Origin: an uncultured Gemmatimonadales bacterium
GTDB lineage: Bacteria > Gemmatimonadota > Gemmatimonadetes > Gemmatimonadales > Gemmatimonadaceae
Assembly (NCBI GenBank): GCA_963851265.1
Contig: CAWKNZ010000002.1
Span: forward strand, 1,440,001-1,504,000
Direction of reading: 5' to 3'
DNA: 64,000 nt
Positions 22,240 through 32,265 of the stretch are shown here, one piece after another. The translations under genes and the position numbers were made by a program. Below the pieces are notes generated by a model. That model saw only the letters and a program-made list of their open reading frames with translations. It had not been told where the DNA came from and did not search any database. Numbering within the stretch: the first letter of the stretch is position 1; every line of letters begins with the position of its first letter.

Positions 22240-23228
22240 GGCAGCGGCCCCCGCCAGGCGACGAGTCCGAGCTCGAGCGCGAGCGCCGCGAGCGCGACGC
22301 CGAGCGGCCACCGATACTCCTCGGAGTAGCGGACGTAGCGCTTGGCGTGCGACGGCGTGCGTTCGAGCGCGTCGATCTCCTGGTAGATACGGCCTAACGC
22401 GGCCGCGTCCTTCGCGCGAAAGTAGCGGCCGTGCCCCGTGCGGGCGACGTCGGTGAGGAGCGCCTCGTCGATCTCGACCGGCCGCTCCTCGAAGCGCAAT
22501 CCGTACAGACCGCGCCCGACGGGGACGGGGGCCATGCCCTCGGTCCCGACGCCGATCGTGTAGATGCGAATGCCGAATGCGGCCGCCGCCTGCGCCGCCG
22601 TGCGCGGGTCGATCGCGCCGCGGTTGTTCACCCCGTCGGTGAGCAGGACCATCACGCGCGAGCGCCCCGCGACGCCCCGCAGTCGGTTGGCGGCCGTCGC
22701 GATCGCGGTACCGATCGCCGTGCCGTCCTCGAGCTGCCCGGCCTGCAGGTTGTCGATCGCGGCGAGCACCACCGGGTAGTCGGTGGTGAGGGGGACCTGC
22801 GTGAGCGCTTCCGCCGCGAACGCCACGACCCCGATGCGGTCGGCCGAGCGACCCGCGACGAATCGCTTGAGCGTCGCCTTGGCGACCTCGAGACGGTTCT
22901 CCGGCTGGAAGTCCTGCGACAGCATCGAGCTCGACAGGTCGACGACGAGGGCGATGTCGATCCCGTCGCGCGAGTCGGGGACGGCGCGCGCGCCGGTGCG
23001 TGGACGTGCGAACGCGACCACGAGTCCGGCGAGCGCGAGCCATCGCAGCGTCGCGAGCGCACGCGCGACGCTGCGGCCGGCGCGCGGACCGCGCGCGAGC
23101 GCTGCCGCCCGCGAGAAGGTGATCGCCGCACGCGGTGCCCGCCGCCCGACCGCCCAGAGCAGCGGCAGGACGAGCAGGAGCGCGAGCGCCCACGGCGCGG
23201 CGAAGCTGACGCCTCCGACGTCGCTCAT
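22236..23228 (-). CDS. batA: BatA-like VWA domain protein
   Basis: FARPR, MIDAS DLSSSM, NRLEVAK, PLTTDY, GTAIG, LLTDGVNN, IYTIGVG, YFRA. Confidence 0.85.
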   Translation of the reverse strand: MSDVGGVSFAAPWALALLLVLPLLWAVGRRAPRAAITFSRAAALARGPRAGRSVARALATLRWLALAGLVVAFARPRTGARAVPDSRDGIDIALVVDLSSSMLSQDFQPENRLEVAKATLKRFVAGRSADRIGVVAFAAEALTQVPLTTDYPVVLAAIDNLQAGQLEDGTAIGTAIATAANRLRGVAGRSRVMVLLTDGVNNRGAIDPRTAAQAAAAFGIRIYTIGVGTEGMAPVPVGRGLYGLRFEERPVEIDEALLTDVARTGHGRYFRAKDAAALGRIYQEIDALERTPSHAKRYVRYSEEYRWPLGVALAALALELGLVAWRGPLP

Positions 23229-24307
23229 GCTGCCCGGTCCTCACGCGCGGCGGCGCGGGTAGCGCGGCGCCGCTCGGCCTCGTACGCCCGCCGTTCGTCG
23301 GCTTCGGCTCGCGCCCGCTCGGCGGCCTCCTCTGCCTCCCGCGCCTCGCGCGCGCGTACACCGGTCTCGGTCGCCTCGACGACGCCGCGCGCGTCGGCCG
23401 CGACGTTCGCCGCGTCGGTCGCACCGATCGGAACCGCGGCGAACTTCACGAGGTCGCCCGTGCCGAGCACGTGCCGGAGCGCCGCTTCCGGCACCTCCGG
23501 CCGAGCGGCGAGCGCGTCGGCGAGCTCGCCGCTCGTCTGCCACGCGCCAGCCGCGTCCGGAAAGCGCGCGACGAGATAGTCGCGAAGCAGGTCGACGGCG
23601 AGCGCGACGTGGCGGCCGCCTTCGCCCAACGCCACGAGCCCGCGCCGGTCGAGCGCGGCGTACCCGGCGAGGGCGCGCGCGTACGCGTCCTCGCCCGCGA
23701 CGCGCACGGCGCGCCTGCGCACCCGCCGCCGCGCGACGAACACCAGGGCGGCCACGAGCGCGATGAGCGCGAGCGCGAGCAGCGCGTAGCGCAGCCACCA
23801 GAGGCCGAGGTCGGGAAGCGGGTCGCGCACCGGCTTCGGCGTACGCTTGGTGCTGTCGGCCGGGAGCACCGAGCGGACGTAGATGCCTAACGGCGGCATC
23901 GCGACGCGCCGCACGGCGTCCCCCGCGCGCACGGTCACGCTGTCCAGCGCGACGGGCACCGCCCCGGTCGTCCACGCGACGACCGTGTAGTCGGCGGTGA
24001 CGTCGACGCCGCCGCCCGGCACGGCGGCGGACCGTCGCCGCGGGCCGTCGATCACCTCGATCGGCGCCGCGCTGTCGGCCGCGGCGGGAAAGTCGACGCG
24101 CGCGCCGGCGGGCGCGGCCACGCGCAAAAGCACGTGGAACGGGTCGCCCACGCGCACGCTGTCCGGCGCGCGCGACGCGCCGACGCGGACGGTCTGCGCT
24201 GCGGCCGTCGGAGCCCGGCCGGCGATGAACGCCGCGCCCGCGACGAGCGCCGCCGCGCCCGCGCGCGCACCGGCCCGCGATCGCCGCGCGGTGACGAGCG
24301 CGCTCAC
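23225..24307 (-). CDS. Membrane-anchored hypothetical protein of the MoxR/Bat locus
   Basis: Signal peptide, DSVRVGDPF beta domain, TM helix, C-terminal DLVKFA; overlapping start/stop junctions on both sides. Confidence 0.7.
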   Translation of the reverse strand: MSALVTARRSRAGARAGAAALVAGAAFIAGRAPTAAAQTVRVGASRAPDSVRVGDPFHVLLRVAAPAGARVDFPAAADSAAPIEVIDGPRRRSAAVPGGGVDVTADYTVVAWTTGAVPVALDSVTVRAGDAVRRVAMPPLGIYVRSVLPADSTKRTPKPVRDPLPDLGLWWLRYALLALALIALVAALVFVARRRVRRRAVRVAGEDAYARALAGYAALDRRGLVALGEGGRHVALAVDLLRDYLVARFPDAAGAWQTSGELADALAARPEVPEAALRHVLGTGDLVKFAAVPIGATDAANVAADARGVVEATETGVRAREAREAEEAAERARAEADERRAYEAERRRATRAAAREDRAA

Positions 24308-25236
24308 CGGCGGGCGACGCGCGTCTCGCGCGCCTTGAAGAAACTGAGCAGCGGCTGCACGTAGCCGCGGTCGGTACGCACCGCGATCTCGTCGACCCCC
24401 GAACGGCGCAGCGCGCGCGCCCGCGCGGCCGCGTCGGCCGCGACCGCCTCCGCGAACGCGGTGCGCACGGCAGGATCGCTCGTGTCGACCTCGATCTCCG
24501 CGCCGGTCTCCGGGTCGACGAACCGCGCGAGGCCGACGTCGGGGAGCACGTCCTCGCCAGGGTCGCTCACCGTGACGGCGATGACGTCGTGCCTGATGGA
24601 CAGCCGCTTCAGCGGGCGCTCGAGGTCGGGCGCGGCGAAGTCGGACACGATGAACACGATCGCCTTCTGGTGGAGCACCTTCGCCACATGGTCGACGGCG
24701 CCGGCGAGGTCCGTTCCGCGCCCGGTCGCGTTCGCCGCGAGCAGGTCGCGCAGCAGACGAAGGGCGTGCCGCCGGCCCTTGCGCGGCGGCACCTCGTGCT
24801 CGATCCGGTCCGTGAACAACGTCAGGCCCACGCGGTCGTTGTTCCGCACGGCCGCGAGCGCGAGCACCGCGGCCAACTCCACCGCGAGATCGCTCTTGAA
24901 CCGTGTTTTCGTACCGAACCGCTCCGAACCCGAGAGGTCGACGAGCAGCATCACGGTCAGCTCGCGCGCCTCCTCGTACCGGCGCACGAACGGCCGCCGC
25001 ATGCGCGCGGTGACGTTCCAATCGATCGCGCGCACCTCGTCGCCGGGCAGGTACTCGCGGACCTCGGCGAACTCCATCCCCTGCCCCTTGAACACGGAGC
25101 GATACTCGCCGGCCCAGAGCGAGTTGACCGGCCCGCGCGTGCGCACCTCGATCCGGCGCACCTGCCGCAGGATCTCGGCCGGCACGCCGTGCGGCGACTC
25201 AGCCGACGCGGCGACCTGCGCGTCGCTCTGACTCAC
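24304..25236 (-). CDS. DUF58 domain protein
   Basis: GEYRSVFKGQGMEFAEVREY.PGDEVRAIDWNVTAR, DLSGS, NDRVG, IVSDF. Confidence 0.9.
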   Translation of the reverse strand: MSQSDAQVAASAESPHGVPAEILRQVRRIEVRTRGPVNSLWAGEYRSVFKGQGMEFAEVREYLPGDEVRAIDWNVTARMRRPFVRRYEEARELTVMLLVDLSGSERFGTKTRFKSDLAVELAAVLALAAVRNNDRVGLTLFTDRIEHEVPPRKGRRHALRLLRDLLAANATGRGTDLAGAVDHVAKVLHQKAIVFIVSDFAAPDLERPLKRLSIRHDVIAVTVSDPGEDVLPDVGLARFVDPETGAEIEVDTSDPAVRTAFAEAVAADAAARARALRRSGVDEIAVRTDRGYVQPLLSFFKARETRVARR

Positions 25237-25246
25237 CGCGCCGCCC

Positions 25247-26251
25247 TCACGGGCTCGGCACGCGCGCGAGCACGCGCGCGACCACGTCGTCGCTCGTCAC
25301 CTGCTCCGCGTCCGCCTCGAACGACGTGAGCACGCGGTGGCGCAGCACGTCGGGCGCGATCGCCTTCACGTCGTCGGGCGTCACGTACGCGCGCCCGCGC
25401 AGGAACGCGTGGGCGCGCGACGCCTGCGCGAGCGCGATCGTCGCGCGCGGACTCGCGCCGAACTGGATGAGCACCGCGAGGTCCGCGAGCCCCGCCTCCT
25501 TGGGCGCGCGCGTCGCGTGCACGAGGTCGACGATGTAGTCGACGATCCGCTCGTCCATGTACAGCTGCGCGATGCGCTTGCGCGCCTCCATGATCTGCGT
25601 CGGTCCGGCCACGGCGCTCACGTCGATCGGCGCACCGCCCGCCATCCGCCGCATGATCTCGCGCTCCTCGTCGCGCGTCGGGTAGCCCACGCGCAACTTC
25701 AGCATGAAGCGGTCGAGCTGCGCCTCGGGGAGCGGGTACGTACCCTCCTGCTCGATCGGGTTCTGCGTCGCGAGCACGAGGAACGGCTCGACGAGCGGGT
25801 ACGTCTCGCCGCCGATCGTCACCTGCTTTTCCTGCATCGCCTCGAGCAGCGCCGACTGCACCTTCGCCGGCGCGCGGTTGATCTCGTCGGCGAGCACCAC
25901 GTTGGCGAACACGGGGCCCTTCTTCACCGAAAATCGCCCGGTGCTCTGATCGAACACCTGCGTTCCGACCACGTCCGCGGGGAGCAGGTCGGGGGTGAAC
26001 TGGATGCGCTGGAACGACGTGTGGATCGTCTCGGCGAGCGTGCGCACGGTGAGCGTCTTCGCGAGCCCCGGCACGCCTTCGAGCAACACGTGGCCGCCGG
26101 TCAGCAGGCCGATCAGCAATCGCTCGACCATGTAGTCCTGACCCACGACCCGGCGCCCGACCTCTCGCATCACCCGCTCGACCAGCGCGGCATCCGCCGT
26201 CGGCGCTTCGGTCCGTGCGCCGTCGCGCTCCCGCAAGGCCCCTATCCCCAC
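25247..26251 (-). CDS. moxR: MoxR-family AAA+ ATPase
   Basis: GHVLLEGVPGLAKT, RIQFTPDLLPAD, LADEINRAPAKVQSALLEAMQE, ATQNPIEQEGTYPLPEAQLDRF; start approximate (GTG 26251 or ATG 26290). Confidence 0.93.
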   Translation of the reverse strand: MGIGALRERDGARTEAPTADAALVERVMREVGRRVVGQDYMVERLLIGLLTGGHVLLEGVPGLAKTLTVRTLAETIHTSFQRIQFTPDLLPADVVGTQVFDQSTGRFSVKKGPVFANVVLADEINRAPAKVQSALLEAMQEKQVTIGGETYPLVEPFLVLATQNPIEQEGTYPLPEAQLDRFMLKLRVGYPTRDEEREIMRRMAGGAPIDVSAVAGPTQIMEARKRIAQLYMDERIVDYIVDLVHATRAPKEAGLADLAVLIQFGASPRATIALAQASRAHAFLRGRAYVTPDDVKAIAPDVLRHRVLTSFEADAEQVTSDDVVARVLARVPSP

Positions 26252-26382
26252 GTGTCGACTCCCGATCTGATGGTGTGACCGCGTCCGCATGCCGACGCCG
26301 TCGAACGCGCGACCAGCTGTAGCGCGTGTACCCCCACACGCGGGCCCGGTTCGGAACGCTGCCGGCCCCCCCCCGCGTGCGT

Positions 26383-27306
26383 TCAGTCGTCCGCGAACCG
26401 CGTATCGCGCGGCACGGCAGGCATGCGGGCCAGCGCGTCGAGCGCGCGCAACTCGGTCGCGGTGAGTGGGCGCGCCTGCCCCACCGGGAGGTCGCCGATC
26501 CGGATCGGGCCGAACGAGATGCGCACGAGCCGCTCCACCTCGAGACCGAGCACCTCGCACACGCGCCGCACCTCGCGCGTGCGCCCCTCGGTGAGCGTGA
26601 TCTCGAATTCCCAGCGCCGGCCGCCGAGCGCGTACGCGTCGGCGCTGACGGCGCGCACCATCCCATCCTCGAGTTCGACGCCCTGGCGCACCGCGCGCAC
26701 GGCCGCCGGCGCGTTCCCGCGCACGAGTGCGACGTAGGTGCGCTCGACCTCGCGGCTCGGGTGCGTGAGTTTGTGCGCCGCTTCGCCGTCGGTGGTCAAC
26801 AGGAGCACGCCCTCCGTCATGAGATCGAGGCGGCCGACGTACGTCAGACCGGGCCGCTTCGGCACGAGGTCGAACACGGTGCGGCGCCCTTCGGGGTCGT
26901 CGCGCGTGGTCATGACGCCAGCCGGTTTGTGGAGCACGAACCACTCGGCCGCGACCGGCGCCGCCACGGGCGCACCGTCGAGGAGCACCCGATCGCGCGC
27001 CGGATCCACCGTCTGCCCGAGCACCGCTACGGTTCCGTTCACCGTCACCCGGCCAGCCGTGATCATCTCCTCGGCGGCGCGACGCGACGCCACGCCCGCG
27101 CGCGCGAGCGCGCGTTGCAGCCGCATCGGCCCGACCGCGACCGGACGCCCGGGCGCGGCCGGCCGCGCGCTCTTTTTCTGTGCGGGCCGGCCCGCCGGCG
27201 CGCGGGGCGCCGATTTGGCCGCCGATTTTGGGGCGGGCGGACTGCCGCTCGCGCGCGCGGGCCGGCCGCGGGGCGCGTCGGCGCGGCGGGGTCGATCGTT
27301 GGGCAT
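26383..27306 (-). CDS. rluB: rRNA pseudouridine synthase (RsuA/RluB family) with S4 domain
   Basis: RLQRALARAGVASRR, HKPAGV, VGRLD, EGRTREVRR; basic low-complexity N-terminal extension. Confidence 0.85.
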   Translation of the reverse strand: MPNDRPRRADAPRGRPARASGSPPAPKSAAKSAPRAPAGRPAQKKSARPAAPGRPVAVGPMRLQRALARAGVASRRAAEEMITAGRVTVNGTVAVLGQTVDPARDRVLLDGAPVAAPVAAEWFVLHKPAGVMTTRDDPEGRRTVFDLVPKRPGLTYVGRLDLMTEGVLLLTTDGEAAHKLTHPSREVERTYVALVRGNAPAAVRAVRQGVELEDGMVRAVSADAYALGGRRWEFEITLTEGRTREVRRVCEVLGLEVERLVRISFGPIRIGDLPVGQARPLTATELRALDALARMPAVPRDTRFADD

Positions 27307-27345
27307 CGGATGCGGACGGGTGAGGATCAGGCCAGGTCGGCGGCG

Positions 27346-27894
27346 TCAGAGCGCGGCCGGATTGGCACGCAGGGCAACCGCGAGTTCGTCGGCGCGCGGC
27401 AACTCCTGGAGGTGCCGGAGCGCGAACTGCTCGAGGAAACGCGACGTCGTACCATACAACAACGGGCGGCCGAGTCCCTCCGCGCGCCCGACCACGTCGA
27501 CCAGCCCGCGCTCCAACAGGGTTTTGAGCACTCCGCCGACCGCGACGCCGCGAATCTCCTCGACCTCCGCGCGCCCGATCGGCTGGCGGTAGGCGATCAC
27601 GGCGAGCGTCTCGAGGGCCGCAGCCGTCAGCCGTGGCGGCCGTTCGGCGATCTGCGCGCGTTCGATCGCCTCGGCGTATTCGGCGCGCGTGAGGAGCTGC
27701 CACCCGCCTCCCTGCTCGACGAGTTCCACCGCGTGGCCGCCGTCGAGATCGTCGTAGTGCGCGCGCAGCTCGTCGAGCGCGCGCACCACTTCGTCCGCGC
27801 CCGCCGCCGGATCGAGTCGCGCGAGGTCGGCCGTCGAGACGGGACGCAGCGCGGCGAACAGCGCGGCCTCAAGCAGCTTCGCGAGCGGCGTCAT
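27346..27894 (-). CDS. scpB: SMC-Scp complex subunit ScpB
   Basis: LEAALF, AALETLAVIAYRQPI.RAEVEEIRGV, GRPLLYGTT..FL..F. Confidence 0.95.
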   Translation of the reverse strand: MTPLAKLLEAALFAALRPVSTADLARLDPAAGADEVVRALDELRAHYDDLDGGHAVELVEQGGGWQLLTRAEYAEAIERAQIAERPPRLTAAALETLAVIAYRQPIGRAEVEEIRGVAVGGVLKTLLERGLVDVVGRAEGLGRPLLYGTTSRFLEQFALRHLQELPRADELAVALRANPAAL

Positions 27895-28654
27895 CGGGTT
27901 CCCGTACGGCGCGGGCGATGCTCACGTCAGCGAACGCGTCCGCCTGCGCGAGTCGGAGTTCGCCGAGCTTGGCCAGTTCGAGGAGGGCGAGGAGGGCGCT
28001 CAACACGCGCCACGGTTCGGCGTCGGGGGCCATCACGTCGCGCCAGCGAGCCGACGCGCGGCGCGCGAGAAGCGCCCGCACGTCCCCGATCGCGCCGGCG
28101 ACGTCGAGCGCGCGCGGAACGACGTCGTGCACCGTCGGCCGCCGGACGGCGTGCAACACGCGATCGACGCTGCCCAACAGTTCGCCGAGCGAGAGGGCGA
28201 GCGGGACAGGCGGGCGTTCGACAGTCGCGCCGTCGTCGCGAGCGAAGACTGCCCCGCGACCGAAGCGGTCGCGGCGCGTTTCGGCCAGACGGTCGAGGTG
28301 CTCGACGACCTCCCGCACCTGCTGATACTCGAGCAGGCGCCGCACGAGTTCGGCCCGCGGGTCTTCCCACACCTCGTCGGCGCCCCCCGGCCGCGGCAGG
28401 AGGAGCTGTGCCTTGATGCGCACCAGGCGTGCGGCCATGTCGAGGTAGTCGGCCGCGTCGTCGAGGCCCATCGCGTGCACGCGCGCGAGAAACTGCTGCG
28501 CGACCCGGGCGATCGGGATGTCGTACACGTCGAGCTGCTCGTCGCGGATGAGCGTGAGCAGCAGGTCGAGCGGCCCCGAAAAGGCTGGCAGTTCGACGAC
28601 GAACGTGGCCGCGTCGAGCGTCGCGTCCGCGGCCGGCGCCTCGGCTACCGCCAC
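27869..28654 (-). CDS. scpA: Segregation and condensation protein ScpA
   Basis: FSGPLDLLL.LI, DIPIA, AARLVRIKA..LLP, EDPRAELV.RLLEY, LALLEL. Confidence 0.93.
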   Translation of the reverse strand: MAVAEAPAADATLDAATFVVELPAFSGPLDLLLTLIRDEQLDVYDIPIARVAQQFLARVHAMGLDDAADYLDMAARLVRIKAQLLLPRPGGADEVWEDPRAELVRRLLEYQQVREVVEHLDRLAETRRDRFGRGAVFARDDGATVERPPVPLALSLGELLGSVDRVLHAVRRPTVHDVVPRALDVAGAIGDVRALLARRASARWRDVMAPDAEPWRVLSALLALLELAKLGELRLAQADAFADVSIARAVREPDDAAREAA

Positions 28655-28658
28655 CCGG

Positions 28659-29339
28659 TCACCGCCAGGTCGCGGCAAGCAGGAACGGCCCGACCGCGTG
28701 TTCGGCGAGCCCGGCCAGCGCCGCCGCCGGCGTCAGCCACGCGTCGATGACCGGCTCCGCGAACCAGAAGATCGCCATGAGCAGGAGCAGCCCGAAGCGC
28801 CCGGCGCGCTCGTACTGGATCGCCCACGCGGGAGGGAGCAGGTACTTGGCGACGTGCGACCCGTCGAGCGGCGGGATCGGCAGCAGATTGAACGCGGTCA
28901 GTATCAGGTTGATGCCGACGCCGTTGATCATCATGTGCTGCAGGATCGAGCACGTCGGCGCCGCGGCGGGCACCGCGCCGCCCAGCAGTCCGAGCGGCAC
29001 GATGAGGATGGCGCAGACGATCGCGATGGCGACGTTCGTCGTGACGCCCGCGAGCGAGACGATGATGTCGCCGCGCTTGTAGTTGCGGTAGTTTCGCGGG
29101 TCCACGGGCACCGGCTTGGCCCCGCCGAACAGGAACGGCGCGTGCGCGATGATGAGCAGCACGGGAAGCAGCACCGTCATGAACGGATCGATGTGCGGCA
29201 GCGGGTTCCACGTCAGCCGGCCGAGGTTCTTGGCCGTCGGATCGCCCTGGCGCAGCGCCGCGTAGCCGTGCGCGATCTCGTGCGCGATCACCGAGAACAG
29301 CAGCACCGGGGCGACGAGCAGGAGCGAGTTGAAATCCAC
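28659..29339 (-). CDS. Site-2 protease (M50 family)
   Basis: HEIAHG (HExxH), GDPTAK..GRLTWNP..HIDP, AKPVP, FNLLPIPPLDG. Confidence 0.93.
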   Translation of the reverse strand: MDFNSLLLVAPVLLFSVIAHEIAHGYAALRQGDPTAKNLGRLTWNPLPHIDPFMTVLLPVLLIIAHAPFLFGGAKPVPVDPRNYRNYKRGDIIVSLAGVTTNVAIAIVCAILIVPLGLLGGAVPAAAPTCSILQHMMINGVGINLILTAFNLLPIPPLDGSHVAKYLLPPAWAIQYERAGRFGLLLLMAIFWFAEPVIDAWLTPAAALAGLAEHAVGPFLLAATWR

Positions 29340-29399
29340 CGGTGGCCTGGAGCAGCGGGACGACGGACGAAGTCGGCCGGGCACGGCGCACGGCCCCGA

Positions 29400-29428
29400 A
29401 GCTTACTGCGCCCACGCGTGCGCGTCAA
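29400..29428 (-). promoter_or_regulatory. Sigma70-type promoter for the site-2 protease/scpAB operon
   Basis: TTGACG (29428-29423), 17-nt spacer, TAAGCT (29405-29400). Confidence 0.65.
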
Positions 29429-29460
29429 AGCGGTGGAACGCGACAAGTCCATGTCCCGCC

Positions 29461-29489
29461 TTGACATGGGCGCCTTTGGCGGGTAACCT
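29461..29489 (+). promoter_or_regulatory. Sigma70-type promoter of rpsT
   Basis: TTGACA (29461-29466), 17-nt spacer, TAACCT (29484-29489). Confidence 0.75.
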
Positions 29490-29589
29490 GCGCGACTCAC
29501 TTGCGCTGCCGCGCCGTGCGCGAAGCGCGCGCATCCGGACCGGTTCGCCGGCCGCATTCGTTCTCCGCAGACTCAGCTCCAAATCGATC

Positions 29590-29865
29590 GTGCCGAACAT
29601 CGCATCCGCCAAGAAGAACATGCGGAAGTCGCGCGCCGCGGCGGTGCGCAACCGCGCGCAGCGCTCGGCGCTCCGCACCGCGCTCAAGAAGGCCCGCGCC
29701 GAAACCGCCCCGACCGACACGGTCACCACGGCCGTAAGCCTGCTCGACCGCGCCGCGCGTAAGGGCCTCATCCACCGCAACAAGGCGGCGCGCCACAAGT
29801 CACAGCTCGCCCGCAAGGCCAACGCGCAGACGGCTGCCGCGAATCAACAGACCGCCACGGTCTGA
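29590..29865 (+). CDS. rpsT: 30S ribosomal protein S20
   Basis: (M)PNIASAKKNMRKS...RNRAQRSALRT...LDRAARKGLIHRNKAARHKSQL; GTG at 29590. Confidence 0.95.
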   Translation: MPNIASAKKNMRKSRAAAVRNRAQRSALRTALKKARAETAPTDTVTTAVSLLDRAARKGLIHRNKAARHKSQLARKANAQTAAANQQTATV

Positions 29866-29892
29866 CGCGTCGCGCCTAACGCGTCGCGCGAC

Positions 29893-29932
29893 GAGGCCCG
29901 GCCCCGATACCTCGGGGCCGGGCCTCTCTCGT
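29893..29932 (+). terminator. Intrinsic terminator between convergent rpsT and the zinc-ribbon gene
   Basis: GAGGCCCGGCCCCGA-TACC-TCGGGGCCGGGCCTC (15-bp stem) followed by pyrimidine-rich TCTCGTT. Confidence 0.8.
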
Positions 29933-29969
29933 TCGGGCTGTCTCCGGTTCGTGCCGCGTCAGGGCGCGG

Positions 29970-30851
29970 TCAGAGCGCGGCGAGCTCGCCGCCGCACTTC
30001 TCGCAGTACCACTCCGTCGGGTAGTTGAGCGCACCGCAGTCCTGGCAGCGCAGCGTCTTTTCCTGCCCCGCCGCGGCCGGCTCCGGCGACTGCGGCCGCC
30101 CGCCGCCGAGCCCGTAGCTTCCCGGCGCGCCCGTACGGATCGCGTCCGTGAACGCCGGCGTGAGCGATGGCTGGCGATCGCCGAGCGCCACGCGGGCCGC
30201 GTCCACGGCCCCGTGGTCGAACGCGCCGCCTTCCGAGCCGACGGGCTCGGAAGGCGGCGCTGCAGCCGACGCAGCGTGAGCCGCCGAGTCTGTCTCGGTA
30301 CCGTCGGACGACGCGGCGGGCTCCGCGGCCGCGTGGCCGGCCGCCTCGGGCGCGTCGGACGTAGCCGGCGCGGTGACCGCCGGGGGTGGACTCACGCGCG
30401 TGACCAATCCGCGCACATCCGCGAGCGCGGCGGCCGCGCCGCCGAGCTCACGCTCGAGCGCCGCGATCGCCTGTGCGGCGCCGCTTCGCCGCTGCTCCCC
30501 TTCATCTGCGGGGTACTCGCCGACCAGCGTACGCAGCTCGATCTCCGCGAGTCCGTCGCGCTCCTCGCCGAGTCGCTGCTCGACGGCCTGGTGCTGCTGC
30601 GTGAGCGCGTCCTCGTGGGCGCGCAGTGGGGCCACGTGCGCGGCGAGCTGCGACGTCACCCGGTCCAGGCGCCCGGCGTAATCCTGCCGCACGCGGTCCA
30701 GCACGTGCGCGGGCGTCATCGCTCGGCGGCCGTCGAGCGCTTGCAGCCAGCCCTCGTAGCGGGTCCGCTCGTCGACCAGCGTGCGGATGTCGTCGAGCGG
30801 AAGGGCGGCGGAGTCTTGGTGGGGGTGGTCGGGCGCGTAGCCGGTGGTCAT
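29970..30851 (-). CDS. Hypothetical coiled-coil protein with a C-terminal zinc ribbon
   Basis: Helical N-terminal ~150 aa, Ala/Pro/Ser linker, CQDCGALNYPTEWYCEKCG. Confidence 0.75.
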   Translation of the reverse strand: MTTGYAPDHPHQDSAALPLDDIRTLVDERTRYEGWLQALDGRRAMTPAHVLDRVRQDYAGRLDRVTSQLAAHVAPLRAHEDALTQQHQAVEQRLGEERDGLAEIELRTLVGEYPADEGEQRRSGAAQAIAALERELGGAAAALADVRGLVTRVSPPPAVTAPATSDAPEAAGHAAAEPAASSDGTETDSAAHAASAAAPPSEPVGSEGGAFDHGAVDAARVALGDRQPSLTPAFTDAIRTGAPGSYGLGGGRPQSPEPAAAGQEKTLRCQDCGALNYPTEWYCEKCGGELAAL

Positions 30852-30948
30852 GCGGAGCGTCGTCAACGAAATGGGACCGGTCGCGCACCGGCGCACGAGC
30901 ACGCGGCCGGTCGGAAGCGGGACCGTGGGGAGCGAGTAAGCTACCCGA

Positions 30949-32265
30949 TCACGACGCCGGCGTGCGCCCGTCGTGCACGAGCCGGCCGCCGACGACGGTC
31001 GCTATCGCGCGCCCCTGCAGCGTCTGACCCGCGTACGGCGTGTTGCGCCCCTTCGACCGGAACTGCGCAGGGTCGACGGTCCATCGCCGTTCGGGATCGA
31101 ACACCGTGACGTCGGCCGCGGACCCGCGGCGAAGCGTGCCCCCGGGCAAGCCGAACACGCGTGCCGGCGCGCACGCCATCCGGTCGACGAGCTGCCCGTA
31201 CGTGAGAATCCCGGGCGCCACGAGCCACGTGACGAGCACGCCGAGTGCGGTCTCGAGGCCGACGATGCCGTTGGGCGCGTCGGCGAACTCGCGCTCCTTC
31301 TCGTCGTAGTGGTGCGGCGCGTGATCGGTCGCGACGACGTCGATCGTGCCGTCGCGCACCGCCTCCTGGAGCGCGGCGACGTCGGCCGCGGTGCGGAGCG
31401 GCGGGTTCATCTTCGCGTTCGTCTGGTAGCCCTCGACCGCCTCCTCGGTGAGCGAGAGGTGGTGCGGGCAGACCTCGGCCGTGACGCGGATGCCGCGCTC
31501 CTTTCCCCACCGGATGAGCTCGACCGATCCGGCGGTGCTCATGTGGCAGAGGTGCACGTGGCCGCCGGTGCGACGCGCCAGCAGGATGTCACGGATCGCC
31601 ATGATCTCCTCAGCCTCGCTCGGGATGCCGCGCAGGCCGAGGCGCATCGAGACCACGCCCTCGTTCATCGCGCCGCCCTGGGCGAGGGTGGGCTCCTCGC
31701 AGTGGTCCGCGACCGGGATGCCGAACGTGCGCGCGTACTCGAGCGCGGTGCGCATGATGTGCGCACTCACCACCGGCTTGCCGTCGTCGCTCACCGCGAC
31801 CGCGCCCGCGCCCACCATCTCGCCGAACTCCGCCAGGGTCTCGCCGCGTTCGCCTAACGTGATCGCGCCGATGGGGTACACGCGTGCGGCTCCCGCGCGC
31901 TGTGCCTGGCGCACGATGAACCCGACGGCGGCCTGGTTGTCGGTCACCGGGTCGGTGTTGGGCATCGCGCAGACCGCGGTGAACCCGCCCGCGGCCGCGG
32001 CACGGGCCCCGGTCGCGACCGTCTCGACGTCCTCGCGCCCGGGCTCGCGCAGGTGGCAGTGCACGTCGATGAACCCGGGCGAGACGACGAGTCCGGCACA
32101 GTCCACGACCTCCGCACCGTCGGGGCGGCCGACGCGCTCCCCCGCGTGTTCTACGCGCCCGTCCACGAGCAGCACGTCGCCGACCGCGAGATCGAGGCCC
32201 TGCGACGGGTCGAGCACGCGCCCGCCCGCGAGCAGCAGTGGACGGCCGTGCGGCACGTCGCTCAC
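30949..32265 (-). CDS. pyrC: Dihydroorotase
   Basis: [53 protein letters not shown]. Confidence 0.96.
   Translation of the reverse strand: MSDVPHGRPLLLAGGRVLDPSQGLDLAVGDVLLVDGRVEHAGERVGRPDGAEVVDCAGLVVSPGFIDVHCHLREPGREDVETVATGARAAAAGGFTAVCAMPNTDPVTDNQAAVGFIVRQAQRAGAARVYPIGAITLGERGETLAEFGEMVGAGAVAVSDDGKPVVSAHIMRTALEYARTFGIPVADHCEEPTLAQGGAMNEGVVSMRLGLRGIPSEAEEIMAIRDILLARRTGGHVHLCHMSTAGSVELIRWGKERGIRVTAEVCPHHLSLTEEAVEGYQTNAKMNPPLRTAADVAALQEAVRDGTIDVVATDHAPHHYDEKEREFADAPNGIVGLETALGVLVTWLVAPGILTYGQLVDRMACAPARVFGLPGGTLRRGSAADVTVFDPERRWTVDPAQFRSKGRNTPYAGQTLQGRAIATVVGGRLVHDGRTPAS

Noticed and set aside
26383..29339. Site-2 protease-scpA-scpB-pseudouridine synthase order as a novel system
   Set aside because: This neighbourhood is common in many bacteria.
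29865..29889. 11-bp direct repeat ACGCGTCGCGC-CTA-ACGCGTCGCGC after the rpsT stop
   Set aside because: Two copies of low-complexity GC sequence; not an array or a credible target-site duplication. Noted only because it contains a GCCTAACG copy.
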